A stretch of 32,000 bases of DNA from Hyperthermus butylicus DSM 5456 (GTDB lineage Archaea > Thermoproteota > Thermoprotei_A > Sulfolobales > Pyrodictiaceae), in contig NC_008818.1 in NCBI RefSeq assembly GCF_000015145.1, positions 930,001 to 962,000 on the forward strand, in the 5' to 3' direction. Positions 15,915-25,221 of this stretch are shown here, in pieces. How positions within the stretch are numbered: position 1 is the stretch's first letter; each line of letters starts with the position of its first letter. The notes under the pieces were generated by a model, which worked only from the letters and a program-made list of their open reading frames with translations, was not told where the DNA came from and did not search any database. The position numbers and the translations under genes are program-made.

Positions 15915-16946
15915 TTATGGTATTCTGCCCTTCAAGAGGCCGAGTCTCTCATCGGTTATCCTTATGGTCTCCTCGGCTGTCTTGGCTAACTCTGCCACAG
16001 CCCTTATAGCATCGATGTTTTCTGGCACTACGATTGCCTCTTGGTGTACTGCTTGCATCCACATAACCTCAACGCCGTTAACGGCTATACTGTCAAGCCA
16101 TACTATTAGCTCTGGGATGTCGTAGCGCTTTCTGCCTAGGTCCCTAGCATACTCTACTAGCTCGGCAGTGCTTGCTAGCCCGTAGCTTGCGTCGGCGAGC
16201 AGTATTCTTGGTGTGGACTCGAATGTTGCTACCACGTCCTCTCTTGTTACAGGCTTCTCGAGTTCAGCGTAGACTATATGTACGTGCATTAGTGTTGTTG
16301 GAACCACTACTGCCATAGTTACTATGTCGAGGTCTGGCAATACAGTCTTAACGTCAAGAGCGTGATGGCTAGGCGTCTTTACAGGATCAGGCTTTATCGC
16401 GTTGACAGGGCCACGTTTAATCTCCTTAGGATCTGCAGCCCTCCGGACAATGGTTGCTCTTACGCGCCTTACGGGGGCTAGTCTTGATATACTACAGATG
16501 GCACGTAGAAGGCCGGTAGTGTTGCAGGATACCACACGCAGCGAGGTTTTGCCAAGTGCTTGTTCGTAGTTACAGAGAGTGCTAAACGATAGCTCTGCTA
16601 TGTCGGCTTTTTCACCGCCCTGAAATATCATCTTGACCCCGGCTTTCTCGTAGAGAGGCTTATACTTTCTACCAGTACCTCCGGGCGTAGCGTCGACTAT
16701 GACATCGACTTTCTCGAGCAGCTCCTCTATGGTGCCAGCTGGCTCTATGCCCTTAGCTTGAAACTCCTCTAGGCTCTCTTTTGGCACGTAGACAGGTATT
16801 CCCCTGGACACAGCATATTTTGCGGTATAGTCTGGTTTTGTTTTTGTGACACCAACAAGCTCCATGTCAGGCTGGAGCATTATTGCCTCAGCTACACGCT
16901 TACCTATAGTTCCAAACCCGTTTACGCCAACCCTAACCCGTGCCAC
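15915..16946 (-). CDS. gap: Glyceraldehyde-3-phosphate dehydrogenase, archaeal type
   Basis: N-terminus VGVNGFGTIGKRVA, active-site SCNTTGL, 343 aa. GTG start preceded by a GAGGTGA Shine-Dalgarno-like motif, and 37 nt downstream of pgk. Confidence 0.95.
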   Translation of the reverse strand: MARVRVGVNGFGTIGKRVAEAIMLQPDMELVGVTKTKPDYTAKYAVSRGIPVYVPKESLEEFQAKGIEPAGTIEELLEKVDVIVDATPGGTGRKYKPLYEKAGVKMIFQGGEKADIAELSFSTLCNYEQALGKTSLRVVSCNTTGLLRAICSISRLAPVRRVRATIVRRAADPKEIKRGPVNAIKPDPVKTPSHHALDVKTVLPDLDIVTMAVVVPTTLMHVHIVYAELEKPVTREDVVATFESTPRILLADASYGLASTAELVEYARDLGRKRYDIPELIVWLDSIAVNGVEVMWMQAVHQEAIVVPENIDAIRAVAELAKTAEETIRITDERLGLLKGRIP

Positions 16947-16983
16947 GGCTCTTCACCTCTCAGGGGGAAGAGCTTGTAGTGGT

Positions 16984-18267
16984 TTATGTGGAGTGTTTGG
17001 CTGAGAGCTGGGGGAAGAACTTACGAGCAGATTTTGCGAGGGCTGTGAGGCCGGGTAGGTCTTCGCCTGCGAGGAATAAGAGGAGTGCTCCACCGCCAGT
17101 ACTTAGGTGCATGTTTTCCTTATCGGCTAGCCCTAGGTTGGAGGCTATTACGTTGAGGTGGCCGCCGCCGATTATTACATAGGCGTTTGACTCTGCTGCA
17201 GATTTCACCAGTTCTTCGGTGCCTTTCCTAAATCTTGGATCCTCTATGACGCCAGCGGGGCCTCTGAGTACTATTAGCCTAGCTTCCTTCATCATCTCGG
17301 AGTACATTGAGATGGTCTGAGGCCCTATGTCTCTTATTACACCTTCTATGCCTGTGCCAACAGCTTCTACACGTACCTCGCCATTATGCTCTGTTACGAA
17401 GTCCACTGGTGTTTCAAGGGGAAGGCCTCTCAGCAGTAGCCTGCGTGCCCTGGGAACTAGTGCTAGAATACCCTTAGCCTCAAGGACTTCAATGTTTTTC
17501 CTACCGATGTTTATGCCCTTGGCAACCATGAACAGTTCTGCTACGAGGCCTGTTGCAAGAATGCGGTCAGCGGCTCGGTTTGCGTGCAAGTACTCCAGTA
17601 TCCTAAGCGTATCGTGGACCTTACCTCCTCCCAGGACAAATACTCTCGGCCTCTCCTCTGGCTTGTAGAGTTTTGATAGCGCGTGCAGCTCTCTCTCGAG
17701 AACTCTGCCAGCAGCTGATGGGAGTAGCATTGGGAATCCGACGATGCTCGGCTGGCTGCGGTGGGCGGTTGCAAATGCGTCGTTTATATAGTAGTTGAAG
17801 AGGGGGGCTAGCCTTTGCACGAAGATGCTTCCGGCATGCTTTTCCGGTGTAGCCTCTATGATCTCCTCCGATACGAGTCTCGTGTTATCCAAGAGTAGTA
17901 TCTCGCCGGGTTTAAGCTCCTTTATTGCCTGCCTTGCTGCGGGGCCGATAACGTCATCAACAAACTTTACCGTCATGCCGAGCCGGTCTGAGAGAACCTT
18001 GCTGTGTGGCTCTAGGCTCGTAAAGTCTGGCTCACCGGGTCTGCCCTGGTGCGAGATTAGTACTACGGCTGCGCCGCGTTCAGAAAGCTCTCTGATAGTC
18101 TTGGCATGAGCTCTGATACGTGTGTCGTCGAGTATGCGGCCAGTCCTGGGATCTATGGGGCTGTTAATATCGATTCTCACAAGTATTTTAGAACCCTTTA
18201 CACCATAATTCTCGTCAAGGTCGTCAATGGTGGGTATAACCTCTCCATTACGGAGAAGGCACGGCAA
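16984..18267 (-). CDS. pgk: Phosphoglycerate kinase
   Basis: PGK motifs (RIDINSP, SHQGRP, GGGHL-type C-terminal hinge). TTG start. Forms a pgk-gap operon. Confidence 0.94.
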   Translation of the reverse strand: MPCLLRNGEVIPTIDDLDENYGVKGSKILVRIDINSPIDPRTGRILDDTRIRAHAKTIRELSERGAAVVLISHQGRPGEPDFTSLEPHSKVLSDRLGMTVKFVDDVIGPAARQAIKELKPGEILLLDNTRLVSEEIIEATPEKHAGSIFVQRLAPLFNYYINDAFATAHRSQPSIVGFPMLLPSAAGRVLERELHALSKLYKPEERPRVFVLGGGKVHDTLRILEYLHANRAADRILATGLVAELFMVAKGINIGRKNIEVLEAKGILALVPRARRLLLRGLPLETPVDFVTEHNGEVRVEAVGTGIEGVIRDIGPQTISMYSEMMKEARLIVLRGPAGVIEDPRFRKGTEELVKSAAESNAYVIIGGGHLNVIASNLGLADKENMHLSTGGGALLLFLAGEDLPGLTALAKSARKFFPQLSAKHST

Positions 18268-18447
18268 AAGCGCTCCCGAGTGGGGAGGGTAGTATACTGC
18301 ATCCGGGGGAAGCTAAAAGAGCCGCGCATAAGTTAAAACAGCTGCTAACGGGCGTTGAGGAGATACCCCGGGATCGAGTCTGACGGGGTGACGAGGTGGT
18401 CCTTCGCCGAGCCCTCAATTATCCTCCTATTTCCCTATTTCCCGGGG

Positions 18448-21117
18448 CTATCTGCCGGCTTCTACAGCCTCTCTAGGCTCTCCGCGGTACATACGCCTTC
18501 TTAGCAGCTCCATCACTCTCTCGTGTAGCTCCATTAGCAGTTTCTTCCTATCCTCCATGAGTACTATGTCGCTATAGCCCCTAACCACTATGTGGTGGGC
18601 GAAGGGGCTCGGTACTGTCGTAGGGCCGAAGTAGTCCACCATTACATGGCCCTCGTGGAGCCACTCTAAGACAAGCCGGGCATTAACTATGTCCATGTAG
18701 TCCTCGAGTATCTCGCGATAAGCCTCCTTAAGCACGGGGAAGCCCGGTATGCGCTCCACAGCTTCTAGCAACGTCTGGGCGTTGAGCTGGAGCGTGTGAG
18801 GGTCCTTCTCTCTACCACGGTACCTTCTCAGCAGCATGAAGCTTCTCTCGGCGCAATATCTAAACCTTCTCTTCAACAGCTCGGTGTTGCGTAGCACTCT
18901 CTTGAGAATATCTTCTAGCTCATTGGGCTTAACGCTGTAGACTAGCTCTTCAAGGTTTATGTCGTCTCTCAGCCCTGGCACTGTGAGCATGAAAGCGTTA
19001 TCGGTCACGGTGACGCGCACATTAGTTCCTGCTATTCTTGTTAGCTGGTAGGCGTAGGCCCTGGATAGTGCATCATTTACTCTGCGACCGAAGAGGCTAT
19101 GGAAGATTATTGACGTAGCGTCTGATTCTAGGTCGTGGAATAGCTCGACAAGTATCATCTTGTCGCTTGGGACCTTGCCTCCTGTGAAGAGGTATTGCTC
19201 GAGCACATAGTCGTAGATATTCTCGGCTGCATGATGCTCAAGGTTGTAGTGCTTAGCAATTAGCCTCACAGCCTCCTCTCGTGGTACTCCCTCCTCTATC
19301 ATCTCGGTTATCCAGCGGCGGAAAGCACCGACTAGTAGCGCGGAGTCAAAGGCTAGTGGTAGCATCTCGGAGAACCAGCTTGGTACGGTGGGTTTTTGTC
19401 CCTCGGCGGGTCTAACGTAGATCCGCATGCCCTCCGAGCGTATGAACTCGTATGTCTTGCCACCAAGGACGAAGATGTCGCCTGGCGTTAGTATCTGGAC
19501 GAAGGGTTCTTCCAGGTCGCCCACATAGCGTCCGTCAAGAGTAAACACCTTTACCTTAACCTCGTCGGGTATGGTGCCGCTGTTGAGGTAGTATATCATC
19601 CGTGCACCACGCTTACGGCCGAACACTCCCTCCTTCTCGTCAAGCCATATCTTTGCGTAGACCCGATACTCCTCGAGGCCATAGCGCCCAGCTAGAAAGC
19701 GTAGCACGTTCACAAAGTCCTCGAGGGATAGTGTGTGGAAGCTATAGCTTCGCCTCACGAGCCGGTAGGCCTCCTCAATACGCCACTTCCTCTCAAGGGC
19801 CATGCCTACAAGATGTTGTGCCAGAACGTCTAGCGGGTTCCTGGGTATGTGTACCCTGTCTATCTTCCTCTCAAGCGCGGCCTTGGCCAGCACGGTGCAT
19901 TCTACCAGGTCGTCGCGGTCGACAACTATGATCCTCCCCTTGCTAACCTGTCTAATGTGGTGACCGGCACGGCCAACTCTCTGCAGGAGCCTTGAAACGC
20001 TCTTGGGGCTGCTCAGAAGGACTACCAGGTCTATGTAGCCTATGTCTATGCCCAGCTCCAAACTGGTAGATGATACCACTACCTTTAGCTCTCCCCTCTT
20101 CAGTTTCTCCTCGACAGCAAGCCTTAGATCACGGCTAAGACTGCTATGATGTGCCTCTATCTCGTCGAAGTCTGCTATACCCTCCTCCTTCAATAACTTC
20201 TTCAGCTTATAGACGACTTTCTCTGTCGCACTCCGCGTATTCGTGAATACGAGCGTTGTGCGGTGCTCTCGTATTAGTTTTGCAAGTAGTCTATAGATAG
20301 CCTCGTTCACTTGCTCAGCAGGTGTATGTATAAGGTCACTAACAGGGCATAGAACGCGGATGTCTATCGGCTTAGCGAACCTGGCATCGACTATAATGCA
20401 GTCCCTAGGCTCGCCGGTGTCGCGGAAACCTACGAGGAACTTTGCAACCTCTTCCAGTGGCGCAATTGTTGCCGATAATCCTATTCTCTGTATAGGCCTG
20501 CCAACAAGGTTCTCAAGCCTCTCAAGCGAGAGGCTTAGATGTGAGCCGCGCTTACTCGATGCAAGTTCATGTATTTCATCTACTACCACCCATCTCGTGG
20601 TAGCGAGTCTTTCTCGGAACCTCGGCGCATTAAGTGCTATCGCTAGGCTCTCCGGCGTTGTTATCAATATGTGTGGTGGCTGCCTTGTCATGCGTTGTTT
20701 CTCGCTCGGAGGAGTATCACTCGTTCTCACAGCAACCCGTATCTCGGGAAGACTATGGCCCATACCCTCTGCTACACGCCTTATACCCTCAAGGGGGTCG
20801 AGCAAGTTACGTTTCATGTCATTGTTTAACGCTCGAAGGGGTGACACGTAGATAGCATAGATCTGTTCCTCAAGCTCGCCAGCCTCCCCCAGCCGGAACA
20901 GCTCGTCAATAATACCTAGGAACACTGCTAGAGTCTTGCCAGTCCCCGTGGGCGACGAGACGAGAACATTATACCCCTTCTTAATCAGCGGTATTGCGCA
21001 ACGCTGGGGAGGCGTGAAGCTTCCATACCTCCTCTTAAACCATTCTGCCACATATGGCCTAAGCAGTTCATATACGCCCTCGTCGCCCGGGCAGTGGCCA
21101 GCATACACTATCGCCAA
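18448..21117 (-). CDS. lhr: Lhr-type (large helicase related) ATP-dependent DExH helicase
   Basis: WF..YG..T..Q N-terminus, Walker A SPTGTGKT, DEIHELASSKRG, helicase motif VI QRVGRAGH and a C-terminal DEAD-associated-like region (PLDVLAQH). 889 aa with a TTG start. Confidence 0.88.
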   Translation of the reverse strand: MAIVYAGHCPGDEGVYELLRPYVAEWFKRRYGSFTPPQRCAIPLIKKGYNVLVSSPTGTGKTLAVFLGIIDELFRLGEAGELEEQIYAIYVSPLRALNNDMKRNLLDPLEGIRRVAEGMGHSLPEIRVAVRTSDTPPSEKQRMTRQPPHILITTPESLAIALNAPRFRERLATTRWVVVDEIHELASSKRGSHLSLSLERLENLVGRPIQRIGLSATIAPLEEVAKFLVGFRDTGEPRDCIIVDARFAKPIDIRVLCPVSDLIHTPAEQVNEAIYRLLAKLIREHRTTLVFTNTRSATEKVVYKLKKLLKEEGIADFDEIEAHHSSLSRDLRLAVEEKLKRGELKVVVSSTSLELGIDIGYIDLVVLLSSPKSVSRLLQRVGRAGHHIRQVSKGRIIVVDRDDLVECTVLAKAALERKIDRVHIPRNPLDVLAQHLVGMALERKWRIEEAYRLVRRSYSFHTLSLEDFVNVLRFLAGRYGLEEYRVYAKIWLDEKEGVFGRKRGARMIYYLNSGTIPDEVKVKVFTLDGRYVGDLEEPFVQILTPGDIFVLGGKTYEFIRSEGMRIYVRPAEGQKPTVPSWFSEMLPLAFDSALLVGAFRRWITEMIEEGVPREEAVRLIAKHYNLEHHAAENIYDYVLEQYLFTGGKVPSDKMILVELFHDLESDATSIIFHSLFGRRVNDALSRAYAYQLTRIAGTNVRVTVTDNAFMLTVPGLRDDINLEELVYSVKPNELEDILKRVLRNTELLKRRFRYCAERSFMLLRRYRGREKDPHTLQLNAQTLLEAVERIPGFPVLKEAYREILEDYMDIVNARLVLEWLHEGHVMVDYFGPTTVPSPFAHHIVVRGYSDIVLMEDRKKLLMELHERVMELLRRRMYRGEPREAVEAGR

Positions 21118-21186
21118 GGGCTAGCACCACCCTACATCAGCGCCACTACGCCATACACCTTACCCTTCTCCACCGGGCCCCGAGGG

Positions 21187-21219
21187 CTTAATTTAGAAAC
21201 ACGTCGCCCCCTTAGGGGG
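21187..21219. promoter_or_regulatory. Shared control region: near-palindromic TATA element (CTTAATTTAG) plus the CCCCC-TTA-GGGGG palindrome
   Basis: The TATA-like element is at 21187-21196, about 27 nt upstream of the RHH ATG. The 5-bp/3-nt palindrome at 21207-21219 lies between TATA and ATG, where an autoregulatory operator would sit. Confidence 0.4.
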
Positions 21220-21222
21220 TTT

Positions 21223-21456
21223 ATGGGGGGTGCAGTGCCACAGACAATAGTTGTGACATTTAAGGTTCCGGTGGAACTCGTGGAGAAGCTTGATGAGCTG
21301 GTAAGGATGGGTATATTTAAGAATAGGAGCGAGGCTCTCCGTCACGCTCTCGTCATGCTGTTAAACAAGTATCGGGGTGGGCTATTTGCGGAGGAGGCTA
21401 TCAGAGGAGGATATCAAGGTACTCTACAAATTGAGGGAGATGATATCGAGGTTTAG
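21223..21456 (+). CDS. Ribbon-helix-helix (CopG/Arc/MetJ-like) DNA-binding protein
   Basis: The beta-strand TIVVTFKVPVELVEKLDELV followed by FKNRSEALRHALVMLL fits the RHH pattern. The internal ATG at 21223 avoids overlap with the lhr start. Confidence 0.75.
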   Translation: MGGAVPQTIVVTFKVPVELVEKLDELVRMGIFKNRSEALRHALVMLLNKYRGGLFAEEAIRGGYQGTLQIEGDDIEV

Positions 21457-21703
21457 CTCCGAAGAGCTCAAGGTATTCGCCTATGTTTGGGACAACATCT
21501 CAGTGGGCGAGCTTCTCTTCGAGCGTGACCTCTACACCATATACAAGGTGTCCAAGCCCATACTCGTAGCTAGACGGTTGAGGGAGAAGGGTGTTATAGA
21601 GAGGGGTGAAGGCTGCTACAACCTGGCAAAGTGGCTCCGCAAGCTACGCAAGAAAGTGGGTAGCTTCGGTGAACTCCGAGCGCTCCTAGACAAGTTGCCC
21701 TAA
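21440..21703 (+). CDS. Small winged-helix-like DNA-binding protein
   Basis: SEELKVFAYVWDN...GELLFERDLYTIYKVSKPILVARRLREKGVIERGEGCYNL resembles a wHTH with a wing. The frame is open from GTG 21377, and the upstream part (LSEEDIKVLYKLRE) also looks coding, so the start is uncertain (21377, 21431 or 21440). Confidence 0.55.
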   Translation: MISRFSSEELKVFAYVWDNISVGELLFERDLYTIYKVSKPILVARRLREKGVIERGEGCYNLAKWLRKLRKKVGSFGELRALLDKLP

Positions 21704-21727
21704 CGGGATGGGGGTGCATGGTGGGTC

Positions 21728-22357
21728 TTGGCTATTCTCGAGGAGCTATATGTTATCAAGCAGCGGGATTTTAGTGAGAAGCTTCGCGAGCTAACAGACC
21801 CTAATGTTGTCTACGTCACCGATCTTGTTACATGTAGTCATAAGAGGATTATGAGGTTAAACTATCCACTGCTAAGCTTCCAGTTTGAGCCACAGTTGCT
21901 TATCGGCGAACTTGTGCATGCTGGGCTTCAGGCGCTGCTGGCGAGGGATGGTTCTGAGTGGAGGGCTGAGGTACAGATTGAGGAGAGATATGATATTGAT
22001 GGTGGGGAGGTTGTTCTTAAGGGGCGTGCAGACCTCGTCAAGTATAACGATGGTGTCCCGGAGACGGTCGTAGAGATTAAGACTGCGCGCATGCTCCCCG
22101 AGGGAGCGCCACTAGAGCACCATGTTATGCAGCTCCGCATATACCTGCAACTCCTTGGTGCTCGACGTGGCATCCTCCTCTACGTCACCCCCGACCGCCT
22201 CGTAGAGTTCGAGGTTGAACCCGTAAACGTTGACATAGGGGCTCTTATCCGGGAGACAGTTTACGATATGAGGGCTCCACGCTATGACTGGGAGTGTCGC
22301 TATTGCCCCTTCCGCAAGTTCTGTCCCTACGCCCGGAAGGCTAGGCAGCAACAGTAA
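21728..22357 (+). CDS. Cas4-family PD-(D/E)XK exonuclease with a 4-Cys Fe-S cluster site (not CRISPR-linked in this window)
   Basis: N-terminal Cys (VTDLVTC), GRADLV (Asp), VVEIKT (E.K), QLRIYLQLL (Q...Y) and C-terminal CRYCPFRKFC (C-X2-C-X5-C). Confidence 0.82.
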   Translation: MAILEELYVIKQRDFSEKLRELTDPNVVYVTDLVTCSHKRIMRLNYPLLSFQFEPQLLIGELVHAGLQALLARDGSEWRAEVQIEERYDIDGGEVVLKGRADLVKYNDGVPETVVEIKTARMLPEGAPLEHHVMQLRIYLQLLGARRGILLYVTPDRLVEFEVEPVNVDIGALIRETVYDMRAPRYDWECRYCPFRKFCPYARKARQQQ

Positions 22358-22419
22358 GCTGTAATTGCTGCTAGTCACTTTGCTCCGGAGTCCTGGCTGG
22401 TGTAGGGTGTAGGGTTGGC

Positions 22420-23148
22420 TTGCTCAGGCTTCGTGGGGACCTGCATACGCATAGCAGTGTGAGTGATGGGAGAGAGTCGCCAGAGGAGATAGTGCTAACT
22501 GCAATCGACAAGGAGCTGGGCGTGATAGCGATCACCGATCATGACAGTTTTCTTGGCTCTTTAAAGGCTAGGAAGGTGGTGAGAGAGCTAGGGGTTGAAC
22601 TCGTAGTGGTTATCGGCGCTGAGATACGGACGGAGGCTGGTGACATACTAGTCTACTGTAGTGAGAACCCACTGGAGCGTATACCCCGCAACCCGTTCGA
22701 GCTAGTTGATGTCGCCCGGGAGGAGGGCTGCCTTGTAGTACCAGCACACCCCTTCGACATACGCAGGAAGGGGATTAGCGAACTAGTCTACCGCGGCAGG
22801 TGGGATGCTATAGAGGTCTTCAACGCCTATAGTGACCCCCTATCAAACCGACGTGCAGTCGAAGCTGCCCGCGTCTTGAAGCTTCCAGGCTTAGCCAACA
22901 GTGATGCTCACGTGGCAGCAGCGATAGGATCAGCATACAATATCATCGAGGTTAGGGAGCCTAGCGCTGAGGAGGTATTAGAGGCTATACGTGTTGGGAG
23001 AGTCACGCCCGTCGCGGGTAGGCCGAGTATATCGGCCGTCTTTAGCCAGGCTGCTTGGAGCATCAAGCGGCGCATAATGCGACGTAATAGAGGGCCTAGC
23101 AGATTAAATTACCTTGAAGAGGGAGGTATAAGGTATGAGGAGAGCTAA
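22420..23148 (+). CDS. PHP-domain metal-dependent phosphoesterase
   Basis: DLHTHSSVSDG, ITDHD, PAHP and NSDAH metal-ligand motifs in PHP order. TTG start. Confidence 0.82.
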   Translation: MLRLRGDLHTHSSVSDGRESPEEIVLTAIDKELGVIAITDHDSFLGSLKARKVVRELGVELVVVIGAEIRTEAGDILVYCSENPLERIPRNPFELVDVAREEGCLVVPAHPFDIRRKGISELVYRGRWDAIEVFNAYSDPLSNRRAVEAARVLKLPGLANSDAHVAAAIGSAYNIIEVREPSAEEVLEAIRVGRVTPVAGRPSISAVFSQAAWSIKRRIMRRNRGPSRLNYLEEGGIRYEES

Positions 23149-23858
23149 CCTAGCTCCTTCTCGGCGGCCCTAGCCAGCGCCTCAGCCAGCTCCCGGATCT
23201 TTGCCTCGGGATCCGAGGCCTTCATGACCGCAGAGGCTACAAGTACACCCTGCGTCCCAAGCCTTATCGCTGCCACAGCATCCTCTCCAACTGTTATGCC
23301 TGCACCTGTCAACACTACTGCCTCTGGGTTAATCATCCTTATCAGCCTAACAGTTTCTCTCACAATTTCAGGTTTGGCTCTAGAAACGGGTATGCCGGTG
23401 CCAATAAGCTCTGGTGGCTCGATAGCAATCATCGTAGGCGACAATGCCGCCGCAGCAGCTGCGGCTGTAGGAGTATCAGCGCATACAAGTACCTCCATGC
23501 CTAAGCTTGTCGCTCTTCTAATCACGAAGTCTATATCGTTTAGCCCGACACGGTGCTCGCTATGGTTTATGATTGTTCCGCGGGCACCAGCTTCTCTTAG
23601 AGCCTCTAGTGGGAGAAATCCCGTGTGAGGCCCGGGCTCCACCGCGTCAGCATGTTGGCTATACACCTTTACGTGCTCTACAGCATCGCTTACCCGTACT
23701 ATCTCGGTTGCTGGAACAGCCACAATAACCTCAAGGCTGCCTCCATACTCGGCGGCTACATGGTCTGCTGCAAGAGCTATGGCTAAGCCTTTCTCACCAA
23801 ATGCCGTAGGGTATGCCTTAAAGTTTATCGCGAGTATGGGCGTGCGGCGACTAGTCAT
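23145..23858 (-). CDS. tpiA: Triosephosphate isomerase (archaeal type)
   Basis: PILAINFKAY, INHSEHR and the C-terminal GVLVASAV pattern. The ATG at 23858 (MTSRRTPILAINFK) matches archaeal TIM N-termini better than the ORF-track start at 23924. Confidence 0.93.
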   Translation of the reverse strand: MTSRRTPILAINFKAYPTAFGEKGLAIALAADHVAAEYGGSLEVIVAVPATEIVRVSDAVEHVKVYSQHADAVEPGPHTGFLPLEALREAGARGTIINHSEHRVGLNDIDFVIRRATSLGMEVLVCADTPTAAAAAAALSPTMIAIEPPELIGTGIPVSRAKPEIVRETVRLIRMINPEAVVLTGAGITVGEDAVAAIRLGTQGVLVASAVMKASDPEAKIRELAEALARAAEKELG

Positions 23859-23948
23859 TGCATCCCCCTTCTCTCTCTTCACCGTGTAGCGGGCAAAAAG
23901 CCCAGATAGCAGTACAGTGCCCAAAACATTGCCACCTCCTTCATGCGC

Positions 23949-25070
23949 TTAGAACTTTGGAGGCTCGACATACTCTAGGACTCGATCCCTAGCCCTTTCG
24001 AGGCGGCGCTGATGCTCCTCGAGGAACTTTGCTAGGAGTTCAGCAGCATACTCCTTATCGGGGCCGCATAGGAGCCGGCTGCCTCGGCAGTCTTCGTAGA
24101 TCTTCCTTAGCTGTGTGTCATCCTCTATGAGATGGTAGAGGTAGAACTCGTACACTGTGCATTTCTCTGGCTCGCCGCCCAGGCGACGCTGCTCCTCTAC
24201 CGTGGCACGGCCTCCCGTGAGTGCCCGCTTAAGCTTCCTTACAGCAATGTCCACAGGATCTGTGAGGAATATAGTGTACTCCGGCCTAGAGCTACTCATC
24301 TTATTGCCGTCAAGCCCAGTCTGGAATCGGTGGTACGTCGATGCAGGCCTCCTAAGGCCTAGCTCGTTCTCGAACCTAGCAGCTATATCCCTAGTTAACC
24401 TTATGTGGGGATCTTGATCAGCTCCCACAGGCACCACGACGTACTTGAAGCCACCGAAGTAGTCTAGCTGTGGATGTAGAATGTCGGCTGCTTGTGTTAG
24501 TGCTGCCATTATCTTGCTGGGCTCTAGATCGCCATAGATTGCGCTCATCTCCTCCAGTGTAACCCTCCGCGAGAACATCTGTATGAGCCGGTAGTAGGGG
24601 GTCTCATAGTTTGTCTGGAAGTAAATGTGGGTGTGTTTGTTCTTCTCGAGCCCGAGAGCTATCAGGTTAGCAACATACTCGTACAATCCTATCTCTATGA
24701 TTTTTCTCCTGTCAAGCCTCCTCACAGCATAGGCCTCAGCGTCGGCTATAACGACGAATATTTCGAAGCCAAGCTTCTGATAGTATATTATCTGGTCGGC
24801 AACCATCTTGTGGCCGAAATGGAACTTGCCGCTTGGCATAAACCCGGTCACTAGAGCTATACGCTCGCCAGACCGGTAAGCCTCAAGTATCTTCTCGTAA
24901 TCGCGGTGGCCGAATATGATACCGCGCCTCATCAATCTATGAGGCTTACCAAATGCCTTCTCTACTTCTGGTAGAAGAGGCTGGAACGGCTTTATGCCAA
25001 AATAGCGGAAGAGCTTCTCGTACTCAAGCCTTATAGCCGAAGCCCATGGATCTAACCTATAGCCCTCCAC
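23949..25070 (-). CDS. trpS: Tryptophanyl-tRNA synthetase
   Basis: Class I HIGH-type motif (FHFGH) and a KMSSS loop (NKMSSS). 373 aa with a GTG start. Confidence 0.9.
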   Translation of the reverse strand: MEGYRLDPWASAIRLEYEKLFRYFGIKPFQPLLPEVEKAFGKPHRLMRRGIIFGHRDYEKILEAYRSGERIALVTGFMPSGKFHFGHKMVADQIIYYQKLGFEIFVVIADAEAYAVRRLDRRKIIEIGLYEYVANLIALGLEKNKHTHIYFQTNYETPYYRLIQMFSRRVTLEEMSAIYGDLEPSKIMAALTQAADILHPQLDYFGGFKYVVVPVGADQDPHIRLTRDIAARFENELGLRRPASTYHRFQTGLDGNKMSSSRPEYTIFLTDPVDIAVRKLKRALTGGRATVEEQRRLGGEPEKCTVYEFYLYHLIEDDTQLRKIYEDCRGSRLLCGPDKEYAAELLAKFLEEHQRRLERARDRVLEYVEPPKF

Positions 25071-25221
25071 AATAAGCCCTCACCCGAGCCCCCATCCCTT
25101 AGGCTGGGCTACTAGATGGCGGTTCAAGTAGAGCCTCTAAGAGGTCTACTTTAAACCCTTTCCGGCTAAGAGCCTGGATTAACGATGATGTAACTCCTCC
25201 AGGGTTTATTCAAAGGTTTTT

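Noticed and set aside
18366-18446. CCCCGGG ... CCCGGGG 7-bp complementarity enclosing 67 nt just after the lhr stop, with an internal GUGACGA and tandem GGGAAATAGG repeats on the minus strand.
   Set aside because: A single 7-bp match within a 180-nt spacer is about what chance predicts. The GUGACGA is not accompanied by properly spaced D, C' or D' boxes. No strong internal helices were found.
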